Source: a virus (taxonomy: Duplodnaviria > Caudoviricetes). From it: DNA of 64,000 bases. The position numbers were made by a program, and so were the translations under genes. How positions within the stretch are numbered: position 1 is the first letter of the stretch; the number at the start of each line of letters is the position of its first letter. Where the stretch lies: the IMG/VR virus record IMGVR_UViG_3300025715_000009, positions 128,001-192,000 of that record, one strand, 5' to 3'. The notes below the pieces were generated by a model. It did not search any database and was not told the DNA's origin. It saw only the letters and a list, made by a program, of their open reading frames with translations. Positions 1 to 9,520 of the stretch are shown here, piece by piece.

Positions 1-345
1 AGCTATCTTTCTCCAAAGATCAGATCTATGATCATGTAACATATGATATAATACACCTGGCTTAATATAATATGGCTCATCACCAACAACTAATTCGTCC
101 GTTTTTTTCCATTTTCCTTTGACATAAAAAGGATGTTCTCCTGTAGCATATAGTGGATCACCATTTTCAAATTCTATTTTAAAAATATTAGTTGCATATC
201 TATTTCCTAATTTTTTAATTTGTGTCAATGCTGGTTTTTGATTTTCTTCATCATAACCAATTACCCAATCACCATCTTTTAATTTAGATATTCTTTTACT
301 TCCATTAGGAGTTTGAATTAATGTTCTTTTATTATCTACAATACA
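1..345 (-). mobile_element. Intein (Hint domain), N-terminal part
   Basis: CIVDNKRTLIQTPNGSKRISKLKDGDWVIGYD resembles block A (Cys1 at 343-345); LYATGEHPFYV matches block B TxxH. The C-terminal splice junction lies outside the window. Confidence 0.8.
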
Positions 346-828
346 CCAATCACATACTCTCCAATCTCCATCACTTGCTAAATAGATATTGTATGCATGT
401 CCACCTTGAGGAGCAGTTGGTGATGCTTGAACATAACCAGCAGCAACTTTTGTTCTCCAGGTAGGAACACCTGCTGCTACACATAAGGATGTAATTAATA
501 TAGCTCCATCTTCACAATCACCATGTTGAGATTGTAATGTCTCAAATGGAAATTGCCAAAATTCTGGTGTTTGATTTAAATCATCATCATACTTATATGT
601 TAAAAATTTTACTACCCATTTTTGGACTTCCCAAGCAGTATCATCTGGATTAGATTTTTGTAGTTTGTATTTTTTTACTATTTCATTTAATATTTCATCA
701 TTGGTAGAAATAAAGTTTTTTACATCTACATTTATTCTATCTTTTTTACCTCTTAATGCTCTACCTGAATAGATAATTGGTGCTTTTGGCCATTTATTGT
801 TATAATGCTCTTCATTTAATAATCCCAT
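1..828 (-). CDS. Transglutaminase-like (BTLCP/C93-like) cysteine peptidase followed by an intein/Hint domain; runs off the window (missing from ORF track)
   Basis: Manual translation: MGLLNEEHYNNKWPKAPIIYSGR...FWQFPFETLQSQHGDCEDGAILITSLCVAAGV...GGHAYNIYLASDGDWRVCDW. Putative Cys (514-516), His (397-399), Asp (349-351) triad. AAGGAG lies upstream of ATG 828; there is an alternative in-frame ATG at 867. The frame is open to position 1. Confidence 0.85.
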   Translation of the reverse strand, partial: MGLLNEEHYNNKWPKAPIIYSGRALRGKKDRINVDVKNFISTNDEILNEIVKKYKLQKSNPDDTAWEVQKWVVKFLTYKYDDDLNQTPEFWQFPFETLQSQHGDCEDGAILITSLCVAAGVPTWRTKVAAGYVQASPTAPQGGHAYNIYLASDGDWRVCDWCIVDNKRTLIQTPNGSKRISKLKDGDWVIGYDEENQKPALTQIKKLGNRYATNIFKIEFENGDPLYATGEHPFYVKGKWKKTDELVVGDEPYYIKPGVLYHMLHDHRSDLWRKIA

Positions 829-869
829 TTTCTTTATCTCCTTTTTCTTAAATAAATTAAAAAACATAA

Positions 870-1193
870 TTATTTTACTCCTTTAGGAGGATATTTTTTG
901 TTTTTTCTAAAATCAAAAATACATGCTATCATTCTATGTCTTGTTAAATCTACTTTTGCCCACTCTTTTTTTAATAATTTTAATTTTTCATTATTAATAG
1001 AACATATATTACCAGTCCCTATATCTGTATATATTCTTTGTAGATTTTCATAATCTTGATATATATGAAGAACTGTTGTATTATTTACATTTTTAAAAAA
1101 TCGTCCTAAATTCCAATAAGTTTTACCTACTTTCAAATAAATAATTTCATTATCTTGAGTAAATGCATTTTCTGTAAAAACAAAATCATTCAT
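870..1193 (-). CDS. Hypothetical protein with type-B C-terminal signature (HRMIACIF)
   Basis: ORF track; TAAGATAAT immediately upstream. Confidence 0.7.
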   Translation of the reverse strand: MNDFVFTENAFTQDNEIIYLKVGKTYWNLGRFFKNVNNTTVLHIYQDYENLQRIYTDIGTGNICSINNEKLKLLKKEWAKVDLTRHRMIACIFDFRKNKKYPPKGVK

Positions 1194-1196
1194 ATT

Positions 1197-1237
1197 ATTA
1201 TCTTAAGCATATTTATATAGAAAGTTATAAAGATAAT
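1197..1237. promoter_or_regulatory. Back-to-back AAGATAAT promoter-like motifs in the divergent intergenic region
   Basis: attatctt at 1197-1204 (minus) and aagataat at 1230-1237 (plus), each facing its downstream gene. Confidence 0.55.
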
Positions 1238-1263
1238 TAAAATTACAATTGGGAGTATTATGA

Positions 1264-2133
1264 TTGAATTTATTTAAAAAACTGTTCTTATCAAAACCTA
1301 TTTTTACTGTAGTTTTAACTACTATTTTATTTATTGCTATTACAGCATCTACTATTATGGTAGGAAATGTTATTATAGAAGGCAGACATAAAGCTGAAAT
1401 AGTATCTTTAAATGCTATTATTAACACTCTAGAAATTGAAAAAGAACAATATCATGAACAGATCATCAGTTTTATAAAAAAACAATCTGAAATTAGATCT
1501 TATATTAATGAATTAGTTGCATTATTATATGCTCGAGAATCTTCTCTTGGCGAAGGTGTTGGTGGTTCTGGTGAAACTTTTGCCATCAATGAACAAACTC
1601 CACTATTTCAATTAAAACAAGCAATCAATGAACTAAATGACGATGAACAAGCTATGAAAATGGTGAGAGACTATTTAGTAAGTAGAAGAAATTTCGCTGA
1701 ATCTTTCCCATTTATTTGGCCAGTAAAAGGCGGAGTTCCTAGAATTTCATCTGGGTATGGTGTAAGATCAAACGAAGAAGTTGGATCAGTTTTAGGTCGC
1801 CCAAAACAAGGAATTCACTTTCATGCTGGCATAGACATCCCAGGTAAATTAGCAGATCCAATTTTGGCAACAGCTGATGGTAGAGTTGCTTGGATTGATT
1901 TAAATAATAAGGTGTATGGCAATGTTGTTGTAATTCAACATAATTATGGATTTCAAACACTATATGGGCATTGTAATAAAGTAATTGTAAAATCAGGGCA
2001 ATATATTAAACGTGGAGATATAATTGCTTATATGGGGAATACGGGTGCATCATATGGTGTTCACTTACACTATGAAATAAAGAAAGATGGTTATCATATT
2101 GATCCTATGGATCTATTGGGTCTTAATATGTAA
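1264..2133 (+). CDS. M23 family peptidoglycan endopeptidase with N-terminal TM helix and coiled coil
   Basis: HAGID (HxxxD) and HLHYE (HxH) zinc motifs; WPV..ISSGYG, YGNVVVIQH, TLYGH. Confidence 0.93.
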   Translation: MNLFKKLFLSKPIFTVVLTTILFIAITASTIMVGNVIIEGRHKAEIVSLNAIINTLEIEKEQYHEQIISFIKKQSEIRSYINELVALLYARESSLGEGVGGSGETFAINEQTPLFQLKQAINELNDDEQAMKMVRDYLVSRRNFAESFPFIWPVKGGVPRISSGYGVRSNEEVGSVLGRPKQGIHFHAGIDIPGKLADPILATADGRVAWIDLNNKVYGNVVVIQHNYGFQTLYGHCNKVIVKSGQYIKRGDIIAYMGNTGASYGVHLHYEIKKDGYHIDPMDLLGLNM

Positions 2134-2162
2134 TTTAAGGTAATATAATATAAGGAGAAAAC

Positions 2163-3029
2163 ATGGCACAAATTAATGGAAATGGTAAAAAAGATGATGT
2201 TGAAAAAACAGATTTAGCAGAAGCTATCTTGGCAAAATTAGGTCAATTTGATAATCCACCAAAACCACCAAAATGGTCAATTACAACTTTTTCTGTAGTG
2301 GTTTCAGTTTTTGTTCTTGTTTTATTATCTACGACATTCTTTTTTATTAAAACAATGAACAATATGAATGCTACGTATATTCAAAAAACAGAACAAATTA
2401 TTATTGGTAGAGAAAATATTGAAATGGCCAACTCATGGGAGAGAATGCCAGCACAGCAAAGAAAAGAAATGTTAAGATCTCAATATTTTAAAATTATTAG
2501 ATATTACACTGAAGGTGTGCCAGAAGAGCAGAGAATGAATGATGATCTGTTATTAGAATCTTTTAATAGTATTTGGTTGGCATCAGAAAGAGTTAATCAA
2601 AATTTCTTTTTGTCTTTGGCTTATATGAAAGTAGCTACTAATTTTAATCCAATTTATAATGTTGAATATAAAAGAGGAATTGGTGGATTTTATCTAAGAA
2701 CCTATGAACAAATTGCAAATCTTCCACTTGTTAGAACAGATCCTGTTTTCCAAGTAGTTTATAAAGGATCAGAAACTGCAAATAATCCAGTTTTTGCTAT
2801 GAAGTTAGTTGTAGCAAGAATTTATGATTTAATGACTACGTTTAATAATCGAGCAGATTGGGTATTATTATCTATGTTTACAAATGAATATGATGTAATC
2901 AATAAATATTGGGCAAATGGTGAAGGATCTATACCAGATGAATTTTATAAGACTGGTCAATTAGCTGAAGCTTTAAGATATTATCATGCATTTAGCAATT
3001 GGGAAATTCCAAAATCAAGAAAATTATAA
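2163..3029 (+). CDS. Membrane-anchored lytic transglycosylase (SLT)-like protein, apparently lacking the catalytic Glu
   Basis: TM helix; LAYMKVATNFNP aligns with the SLT motif A(I/V)xxxESxFNP; NP..A.K segment; AAGGAG RBS. Confidence 0.5.
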   Translation: MAQINGNGKKDDVEKTDLAEAILAKLGQFDNPPKPPKWSITTFSVVVSVFVLVLLSTTFFFIKTMNNMNATYIQKTEQIIIGRENIEMANSWERMPAQQRKEMLRSQYFKIIRYYTEGVPEEQRMNDDLLLESFNSIWLASERVNQNFFLSLAYMKVATNFNPIYNVEYKRGIGGFYLRTYEQIANLPLVRTDPVFQVVYKGSETANNPVFAMKLVVARIYDLMTTFNNRADWVLLSMFTNEYDVINKYWANGEGSIPDEFYKTGQLAEALRYYHAFSNWEIPKSRKL

Positions 3030-3060
3030 AAAATATGGGGCGTTGAACGCCCCATATTTT
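3030..3060. terminator. Bidirectional intrinsic terminator between convergent genes
   Basis: Perfect inverted repeat aaaatatggggcgtt-g-aacgccccatatttt. Confidence 0.9.
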
Positions 3061-3457
3061 ATCCATATTGCTTTCTATATTTTTCTGCAATATCTATCAT
3101 CGGGTTAGTATCACCACCCTTTCTTTCATCATATTCACCTAAATTAATATTTACATTCATACCATCTTTATTAGGATTAATTAATTTAGCCTTGATTTTC
3201 AATAATTCTATTTTTTGATCTGTTCCTTTCATTTTTAATTCTAGAGCTTTTGCCATAGCTTCTCGGGTAGCTGGATTTTTATCACCGTCTATATCACACA
3301 AATCTCTCATAAAGTCGTATAATTCATCTCCCTTATCCCTATCATCTTCAACAGACTTAATAACATCTGCAGCTAGTTCATTCATTTGTTGAATCTGTTG
3401 TTTGTGTAAATCTATTAATGAGTTTTCTTTTGTTGTTATATCTTTTGATTCTTCCAT
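3059..3457 (-). CDS. Helical hypothetical protein (possibly terminase small subunit-like)
   Basis: ORF track; helical pattern with PATREAMAKAL...ELLK...NINLG loosely recalls T4-type small terminases. Confidence 0.3.
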   Translation of the reverse strand: MEESKDITTKENSLIDLHKQQIQQMNELAADVIKSVEDDRDKGDELYDFMRDLCDIDGDKNPATREAMAKALELKMKGTDQKIELLKIKAKLINPNKDGMNVNINLGEYDERKGGDTNPMIDIAEKYRKQYG

Positions 3458-4407
3458 TATAAAACCCCACTATAATCTTTGATATTTAATAAAAATAAAA
3501 ATTCTTTTCCAACTGAGGCTGCATAATCATGTGCAGCCTTGTTTTTAGCATCTATTTTACCACTCTCCAAATCTTTTTTATACCACCCATGTGATGATTT
3601 TATTTCAATGATATATTTATTTGTTTCAAAATCTACGTAGTATATGTGGTTTTTATTATTCCACTGATAAGGAAGAGAAGGACCATCCCATATATCTATA
3701 TTATTTTTTTTACAATATTGAATAAATTGCAATTCTGGTTTTGTTTGATAATGTAAAGTATCGCAGATTGTTTTTAATGATACAGATTTACCATAATTTG
3801 ATTGTATTTGTTTGAATAGTTTAGTGTTTTGTATTGGATTTTCTACTCCATAGTTTTTAAAACATGTTTCTTTTTTCTTTTTCTTAATTTCATCTAATTG
3901 AGATACATTGCTAACTCCATACCTTTCTTTTACTGTTCTTATAGCCTTATTACGATTATTATCATATATTCCATTTTTATAAATTTTTTGTCTAATTTCA
4001 GGTCTCAACAAATTGGTTTCTACACCATAATTTTTTAACATTATTTGTTTAATTTTTTCTTTTATTTCTTCTAGTTGCGAAATATTTTCAACACCATATT
4101 TTTCCTTAACAGCTTTCTTTATTTGACTTATTGCATTAGTAGATCCATATTTTTTTTGTTTTGTGCGTGCAATATCACATTCTCTGCAATTTTGCATACT
4201 AGTAAAAAATTTTTTATTAAAAGCAAATTTCTCTTCTATTTCTTTTCCACATGTATCACAAATAAATATAATTTTATCACGTTGATTTAATTTAATTTGA
4301 TTATTTATTAACAGAGTTTGAAACATTTTATTTCTATATTTATTATCAATTATTTCTGAAGAAAAAACATTTATTTTTTCTTCATTTTTTATAATAAATT
4401 TTAGCAT
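3457..4407 (-). mobile_element. Free-standing homing-endonuclease-like gene (Zn ribbon, KYGVENxSQ repeats, PD-(D/E)xK nuclease)
   Basis: CDTC/CREC; about five KYGVEN-type repeats; C-terminal YYVDF...IIEIKS. Confidence 0.75.
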
Positions 4408-4469
4408 TTCACATCCTTTATAAAATCATAATTATCTTATAGAAACGTATGTTTTAAATAATAATATTT

Positions 4470-4679
4470 TTAAAAAATAGCTCCATTTTCTTGATATAAC
4501 TTCTTTAGCGCTTTATAATGGGAATGTTTAATATTAAATGTCGAACACACATAATTAGCTGGCTGTTCTTGTTCAAACATTGTGTTTAACAACTCCCATT
4601 GATCATCAGTATATTTAGCAGATTTAAAGAATCTGGCCAATATTTTTCCAGAATTTAACATTCTTGGTAAGACCCTCAT
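4470..4679 (-). CDS. Small hypothetical protein (start uncertain)
   Basis: ORF track; fills the gap on the coding strand. Confidence 0.5.
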   Translation of the reverse strand: MRVLPRMLNSGKILARFFKSAKYTDDQWELLNTMFEQEQPANYVCSTFNIKHSHYKALKKLYQENGAIF

Positions 4680-5577
4680 TAATAATTAAATCTTGTTCTT
4701 CTGGCTTTAATTCTTCTTCAATCATATCATCTAATTTAATTTTATTTATAACGTCTTCCACACCTTTTAATGCTCCACGTTTAACAAAATTATCTGTTTT
4801 AAAAGATACTCCTGCATCTTCTAATGCTTGAATAACTCTTTTTTTAGCAGCTGGTGAATCATCAAAATCAAAATCTATGCTATCATTCTCACCTTGAAAA
4901 CGACTCATGAATTCTCCAAAAGCATCTGCTCCTCTTTTTACTTTAAAATCTGGTTTTGCATAACTTCCAACATTCATAATTGGCATCTTTACAGGAACAC
5001 CTATCTCTTTTGCTTTAGCTCTTGCTGTTGGACCTTGCCATGTTATCATACCAGTTGGTGGTCTTACTAAACCATAATATGCATCATTACCGACGGTTAA
5101 TTTTACTGGGAATGATTGCTCAAATTTAATTTTAAAAGTATTAACCCCAGTTTCTTTATATTCAGTAGATACTTCTAAATTAAATTTTTTAAATTCATCT
5201 GCAAGTTTATCAGCAACATCTTGAATCTTTTTCATTTCTGCTTCAGTGATTTCGTCTTTTGGCTTATTTAATAATTTTTCTACTTCTTTTATGGCTTTTT
5301 GTAAAGACGTTGGAACTTCAAATTTTACTTCATCTTCTTCAAATTCAGGATCATCAATTAATTCTGCTGGGCTTTTTTCTTTATATCTTTGCACATCATG
5401 AATTACAGATTTAAGTCCATCAAAATCAGAAATTTTATTTTCAAATTCTATAATTTTAGCAAGTCTTTCTGCCATTTTTTCTGCATCTTCTTTGCTTAAA
5501 ACAAATCCAGGAGTTGCTTCAAATCCTTCTTTTGCTTCAGCAATATCACTTAAAAAATCATCTATTGTTCTTTCCAT
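4624..5577 (-). CDS. Acidic hypothetical protein, likely virion-associated (start revised to MERTIDD)
   Basis: GGAGG RBS before ATG 5577; AAGATAAT at 5606-5613; the ORF-track extension overlaps a terminator. Confidence 0.7.
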   Translation of the reverse strand: MERTIDDFLSDIAEAKEGFEATPGFVLSKEDAEKMAERLAKIIEFENKISDFDGLKSVIHDVQRYKEKSPAELIDDPEFEEDEVKFEVPTSLQKAIKEVEKLLNKPKDEITEAEMKKIQDVADKLADEFKKFNLEVSTEYKETGVNTFKIKFEQSFPVKLTVGNDAYYGLVRPPTGMITWQGPTARAKAKEIGVPVKMPIMNVGSYAKPDFKVKRGADAFGEFMSRFQGENDSIDFDFDDSPAAKKRVIQALEDAGVSFKTDNFVKRGALKGVEDVINKIKLDDMIEEELKPEEQDLIINEGLTKNVKFWKNIGQIL

Positions 5578-5654
5578 AATTTTCCTCCAGGTATAAATTC
5601 CTAGAATTATCTTTATTCTATTTGTTAAAAGATCTAATTTTATGTTAATTAAAA

Positions 5655-5676
5655 CAGGCAATCTCATGATTGCCTG
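5655..5676 (-). terminator. Intrinsic terminator after the sigma factor gene
   Basis: caggcaatc-tcat-gattgcctg followed by a T-tract on the minus strand. Confidence 0.75.
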
Positions 5677-5681
5677 ATAAT

Positions 5682-6458
5682 TTATTCATTAGATGCTTTA
5701 TAAATTATACTAGTAGCTCCTGCATAAATATCTTCTTTATGTTCAAACATTATTTTTAAAAATTTGCGAATTAAATTTGGGCTCCAACCATAACTTTTAG
5801 CAAATCTAAAAAAATCTCGTTTGTTATATTCACCTATTTTTTCTAGATATTCTTGTAATATTTCTACTAATGGTATAAATTTTTTATATTTATTTATTTC
5901 AAAAACACGTTTCATATTGATTATTATTTCATTATGAATAAAATTTTGTGAAACATGATTACCATCACCATATGTCATCTCATGAGCATAGTCAGAAATA
6001 TCATAATTATCACGATGTTTTTTGTTTTTTATAGTATAAAACTTTAAACATCTTTTAGCTGTCAAAGAAAAATAATTAAAAGCAGTTGCTTTTTGACCAC
6101 TACTTGTAATAAAATTAGGATCAAATTTAGGTAAAGCTTTTAAACACGCTTCTGATGCTTCTTGATATAAATCATCATAGTTTTCCCAGGCAGTAAATCT
6201 ATGTGTAAAAATTATACCATTAATTATTTTACCTATTTCTTTAAATATCTTTTCTTTTAAAACTTCCATTTGCCACTTTTCTTGCCAATCTATTGTTTTT
6301 ATAAACCCCTCTTCACAGAATTCAACCCCTTTATCTTCAGCAGTTAATTTAGCATCTTTTCTTTTGGTATCTATTCTTTTATAATAATCCAAGTAATCCT
6401 GTATCCAACTTTCAACAACATCATTGTTGAAATAATTACTCACTAGACTCCTCATCAT
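5682..6458 (-). CDS. Phage-encoded sigma-70-family (late-type) sigma factor
   Basis: Region 2-like DDLYQEASEACLKALPKFDP...TAFNYFSLTAKRCL. Confidence 0.75.
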   Translation of the reverse strand: MMRSLVSNYFNNDVVESWIQDYLDYYKRIDTKRKDAKLTAEDKGVEFCEEGFIKTIDWQEKWQMEVLKEKIFKEIGKIINGIIFTHRFTAWENYDDLYQEASEACLKALPKFDPNFITSSGQKATAFNYFSLTAKRCLKFYTIKNKKHRDNYDISDYAHEMTYGDGNHVSQNFIHNEIIINMKRVFEINKYKKFIPLVEILQEYLEKIGEYNKRDFFRFAKSYGWSPNLIRKFLKIMFEHKEDIYAGATSIIYKASNE

Positions 6459-7113
6459 CTAATTCTTCACGTATTCTTGCAATGATATCATTGTAATATA
6501 TACGATCAAATGTAGATATTGCAGAATTTAGTGGATCTGGACTATCATTAAATGGCATAGAACCATTAGCTGTAACTACTTCTGCTGTTTCAATTGCTGA
6601 TTCACCTTCTCCATCTCTTCTCCAAGTTAATTCAACTTTTTCATTCCCAGCACCTGATGTAATAAATTCTTTAACTATAAGCTTAAATTTATTAAATTCT
6701 GGTTTTTCTTCAATCTTTTCTGGAGCTTCTGTAGGCTGTTCTAATTCTGTGGGTTCCTGAGCTTTTTTAGTAATTTGGTCTAGATCATAACCAAATTGTT
6801 TTAGAATTGCTTGAAAATTGAGTGGCAAATTATCAGCAAATTCTTCTTTATTAAATCGTTTTAATTTTTTTTCTTCATTGATATGAAGGGCCATTTTTAA
6901 TATGGTGTCTTCTTCTTCAGTTTTTTCTTTTTCAGGTGAAAGATCATCTTGATCATCTTTTTCTTTTGCTTTTTCAGTATCAACAACTGATTTATCAGCT
7001 TCAAAAATAGAAGAAATATTTACTGGCTTATCTTCAATAACCTTTTTTTTCTTTTTAGGTTTCCTGTTTTCTAAACACTCATCTATGAAGTCTTCCATAG
7101 TGATATCAGGCAT
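6436..7113 (-). CDS. Acidic hypothetical protein
   Basis: ORF track; overlaps neighbours in operon fashion. Confidence 0.7.
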   Translation of the reverse strand: MPDITMEDFIDECLENRKPKKKKKVIEDKPVNISSIFEADKSVVDTEKAKEKDDQDDLSPEKEKTEEEDTILKMALHINEEKKLKRFNKEEFADNLPLNFQAILKQFGYDLDQITKKAQEPTELEQPTEAPEKIEEKPEFNKFKLIVKEFITSGAGNEKVELTWRRDGEGESAIETAEVVTANGSMPFNDSPDPLNSAISTFDRIYYNDIIARIREELDDEESSE

Positions 7114-7537
7114 TTTGATCCCCCTTGTTGGGTTTTTTTAAATTCTGTTTTACTTCTGATGTATAAAAACTATGTTTTTTGTTTTCAATTTCTTCAGCTT
7201 TTTGCATCTCTTGAACTATTTTCCAAGATTCATAGCTTTCTCTACTTACTGTTTTGCCATTAATCTTGTAAAATTTTCCAATAATAGGAAGACCAGAAAT
7301 TGCACAATAATGTCTATCAAATCCGAAAATGTTTAGAATGTTTCCTAGTTGACTGCTTGCTATACTTTTTCCTTCTTCTAATGATGTTTTAAATTCTTTT
7401 AATTGTCTGTTAAATTCTTGATAAATGTTTTCTTCTGATTCTGAAAGTTTTGTTTCTAATTTGTTTTTTAATTGATTGTATCTTAGGAAAATATAAACTT
7501 CTCTTGTTATATTTCCATCTTTATCAAAAATATCCAT
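7106..7537 (-). CDS. Hypothetical protein
   Basis: ORF track; GGAG RBS. Confidence 0.7.
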   Translation of the reverse strand: MDIFDKDGNITREVYIFLRYNQLKNKLETKLSESEENIYQEFNRQLKEFKTSLEEGKSIASSQLGNILNIFGFDRHYCAISGLPIIGKFYKINGKTVSRESYESWKIVQEMQKAEEIENKKHSFYTSEVKQNLKKPNKGDQNA

Positions 7538-7545
7538 GTTTTCTC

Positions 7546-7947
7546 CTATACTCTTTTTACAACCTGAATATCATAATTCATAGATGATGATAATAAATAA
7601 CCTGTTGCTATAATATCACCTTTTTTAATATTACATAATGCATCGGTTGTATTCCAAAGAGTTATATTAATGTAATCATTTGTTTTTGAAGATATGACTT
7701 GTTGTAGGACCATTATCCCATTAGATCTTGCTAAACTTTCATTGTTCATAATCATAAAAATATGATTTTCATCAACTGATAATTTAAATTCTAATGAAAC
7801 TATTTTTCTTTCTTTGGGTCTTAAAATTACGTCTTGAATTGCATATAAATCAACATTATTACACCCAAATCTTTTAGATGGAGTATATTTCATAAAATCA
7901 AGAGTATATTGTGGATTTATTTCTATTTTTAAATTTTCTAAAGACAT
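7546..7947 (-). CDS. Trimeric dUTPase-fold protein with degenerate catalytic motifs
   Basis: VDLYA (motif 1), SLARSNGIMVL, NITLWN, IKKGDIIA are present; the motif 3 Asp and motif 5 are absent. Confidence 0.7.
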   Translation of the reverse strand: MSLENLKIEINPQYTLDFMKYTPSKRFGCNNVDLYAIQDVILRPKERKIVSLEFKLSVDENHIFMIMNNESLARSNGIMVLQQVISSKTNDYINITLWNTTDALCNIKKGDIIATGYLLSSSMNYDIQVVKRV

Positions 7948-8010
7948 ATTTATATTACCTTTATTATATAGTATTAAATATGCATTTTAGAGGTAATATT
8001 TTATGTAATG

Positions 8011-8640
8011 TTATGATATTTTCATATTCTCTTTGGCTGTTGTCAAAAAGTTAAATATGAATTCTTCTTTTTTCATATCACCAGCTTTTTCTAATGGTTT
8101 TAACTTTGGAGCTCTTGATGTATTGCCATTAGAATTATATGCTCCCATCCCATTAACCCATTCAATTAGGTTGTTTCTATCTCTTAAAGATAAATCGCCC
8201 CAAGCATTTTTTATCAACTCTTCTGCTATCATAAAATTACCACCAGAAACAGCATTTCTAATATGAAGAAGAATATCTCTATCTTCACCTTCAATAACAC
8301 TCTCCATAGCATTTGATCTATCAGCTATTGGAAAATATGATTGACCGATTGTTGTCATAATAGTTCCATCTTTTTTATTTCTTTCTATACCACCACCCAT
8401 ACTATGAATTAATTCTTCTGCTAATGCTTTTTTTTGTTCTACTATTCCAGATCCATACTTTTCTTTATTCTCATTAAACAATTTATCTAAGGTTGATCCA
8501 TCTTCACCCATAAGTTGAACTAAATTGTTGTAATAAGTTGATCTTTTCTGCCCAGTAGAAAGAATTATTTTAGCTTCATTAATTTTGTCTTTTTTTTGAG
8601 CTGATAACCAATCACTAAAAAGTTTTGATATTCTTGACAT
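8011..8640 (-). CDS. Hypothetical protein (possible internal head protein)
   Basis: ORF track; N-terminus KLFSDWL...INE resembles a capsid-targeting propeptide. Confidence 0.65.
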   Translation of the reverse strand: MSRISKLFSDWLSAQKKDKINEAKIILSTGQKRSTYYNNLVQLMGEDGSTLDKLFNENKEKYGSGIVEQKKALAEELIHSMGGGIERNKKDGTIMTTIGQSYFPIADRSNAMESVIEGEDRDILLHIRNAVSGGNFMIAEELIKNAWGDLSLRDRNNLIEWVNGMGAYNSNGNTSRAPKLKPLEKAGDMKKEEFIFNFLTTAKENMKIS

Positions 8641-8653
8641 ATTATACCTCTTT

Positions 8654-8899
8654 CTATTTATAATTTATATATGACCAAGAAATTTTATTATCATCTAATA
8701 TATCCAAAAATTCATTCACTCTCATAGAACGAACTTGAAAAATAATAAAATCTCCATTTACTATCTTATCATTTATATGAAAATCATATACTGATTTTGA
8801 CCAAAAAATGTCTTTAAATTTCTGCAATTCTTCTAAAGGAATTGCTATGCTTGTTGTTTGAGCAGTTGGAACTATTGTTTGTTGTTCTACATGGCTCAT
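8654..8899 (-). CDS. Hypothetical protein
   Basis: ORF track; coupled overlap with neighbour. Confidence 0.65.
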   Translation of the reverse strand: MSHVEQQTIVPTAQTTSIAIPLEELQKFKDIFWSKSVYDFHINDKIVNGDFIIFQVRSMRVNEFLDILDDNKISWSYINYK

Positions 8900-9168
8900 T
8901 TTTCTATTATAAATGAATTATTGATTAATGTATCTAAATCCATTGGGTCTTTTTGTTTTGAGGTTAAAATAACAAAGGGTTCATCTTCCATTATTTTAAT
9001 TGCTTCATTCAAATCATCTTTTCTTATGTTGAAACCTTTTGTTTTTAAAATGCCAAATAATTTTTTAGAATCCCAAGATTCAGCTATACATTCACCAATG
9101 TTATTATTTATCTCATCCCAAAAACGAACCTGATAACCACTTTCTTCAACAAGCATTATAAATTTCAT
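8896..9168 (-). CDS. Hypothetical protein
   Basis: ORF track; coupled overlap with neighbour. Confidence 0.65.
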   Translation of the reverse strand: MKFIMLVEESGYQVRFWDEINNNIGECIAESWDSKKLFGILKTKGFNIRKDDLNEAIKIMEDEPFVILTSKQKDPMDLDTLINNSFIIEK

Positions 9169-9515
9169 TTGCTTTCTCCGTACTTTTTTGTAACATAATT
9201 TTTGAATCCTCTACCTGCTCCAACTGCAACAACTAAAGGAGCCCAAATATAAGCAAAAACTTCAAGGAAAGAAACAAACTTAACCATATCAAAAGCATCC
9301 CAAAACGATCCAACAACACCCATTGCAGCAAAAACTATATAACTTACATTAATAATTAATTTAGATATTGATTCTGATTTTGCAGATGGTGGGGTTGGAG
9401 ATGCTTCTATTTCTACTTGGCTTGATTGTTCTCTCAATCTTTGGGCTTGTTCTGATAAAGCATCAGCTCTAGCTCGCATTTGTTCTGGAGTAAGTGATTC
9501 TGTAGATTTTGGCAT
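9165..9515 (-). CDS. Two-TM membrane protein, holin candidate
   Basis: Two hydrophobic helices, basic C-terminus, RBS inside a hairpin. Confidence 0.5.
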   Translation of the reverse strand: MPKSTESLTPEQMRARADALSEQAQRLREQSSQVEIEASPTPPSAKSESISKLIINVSYIVFAAMGVVGSFWDAFDMVKFVSFLEVFAYIWAPLVVAVGAGRGFKNYVTKKYGESK

Positions 9516-9520
9516 ATATT

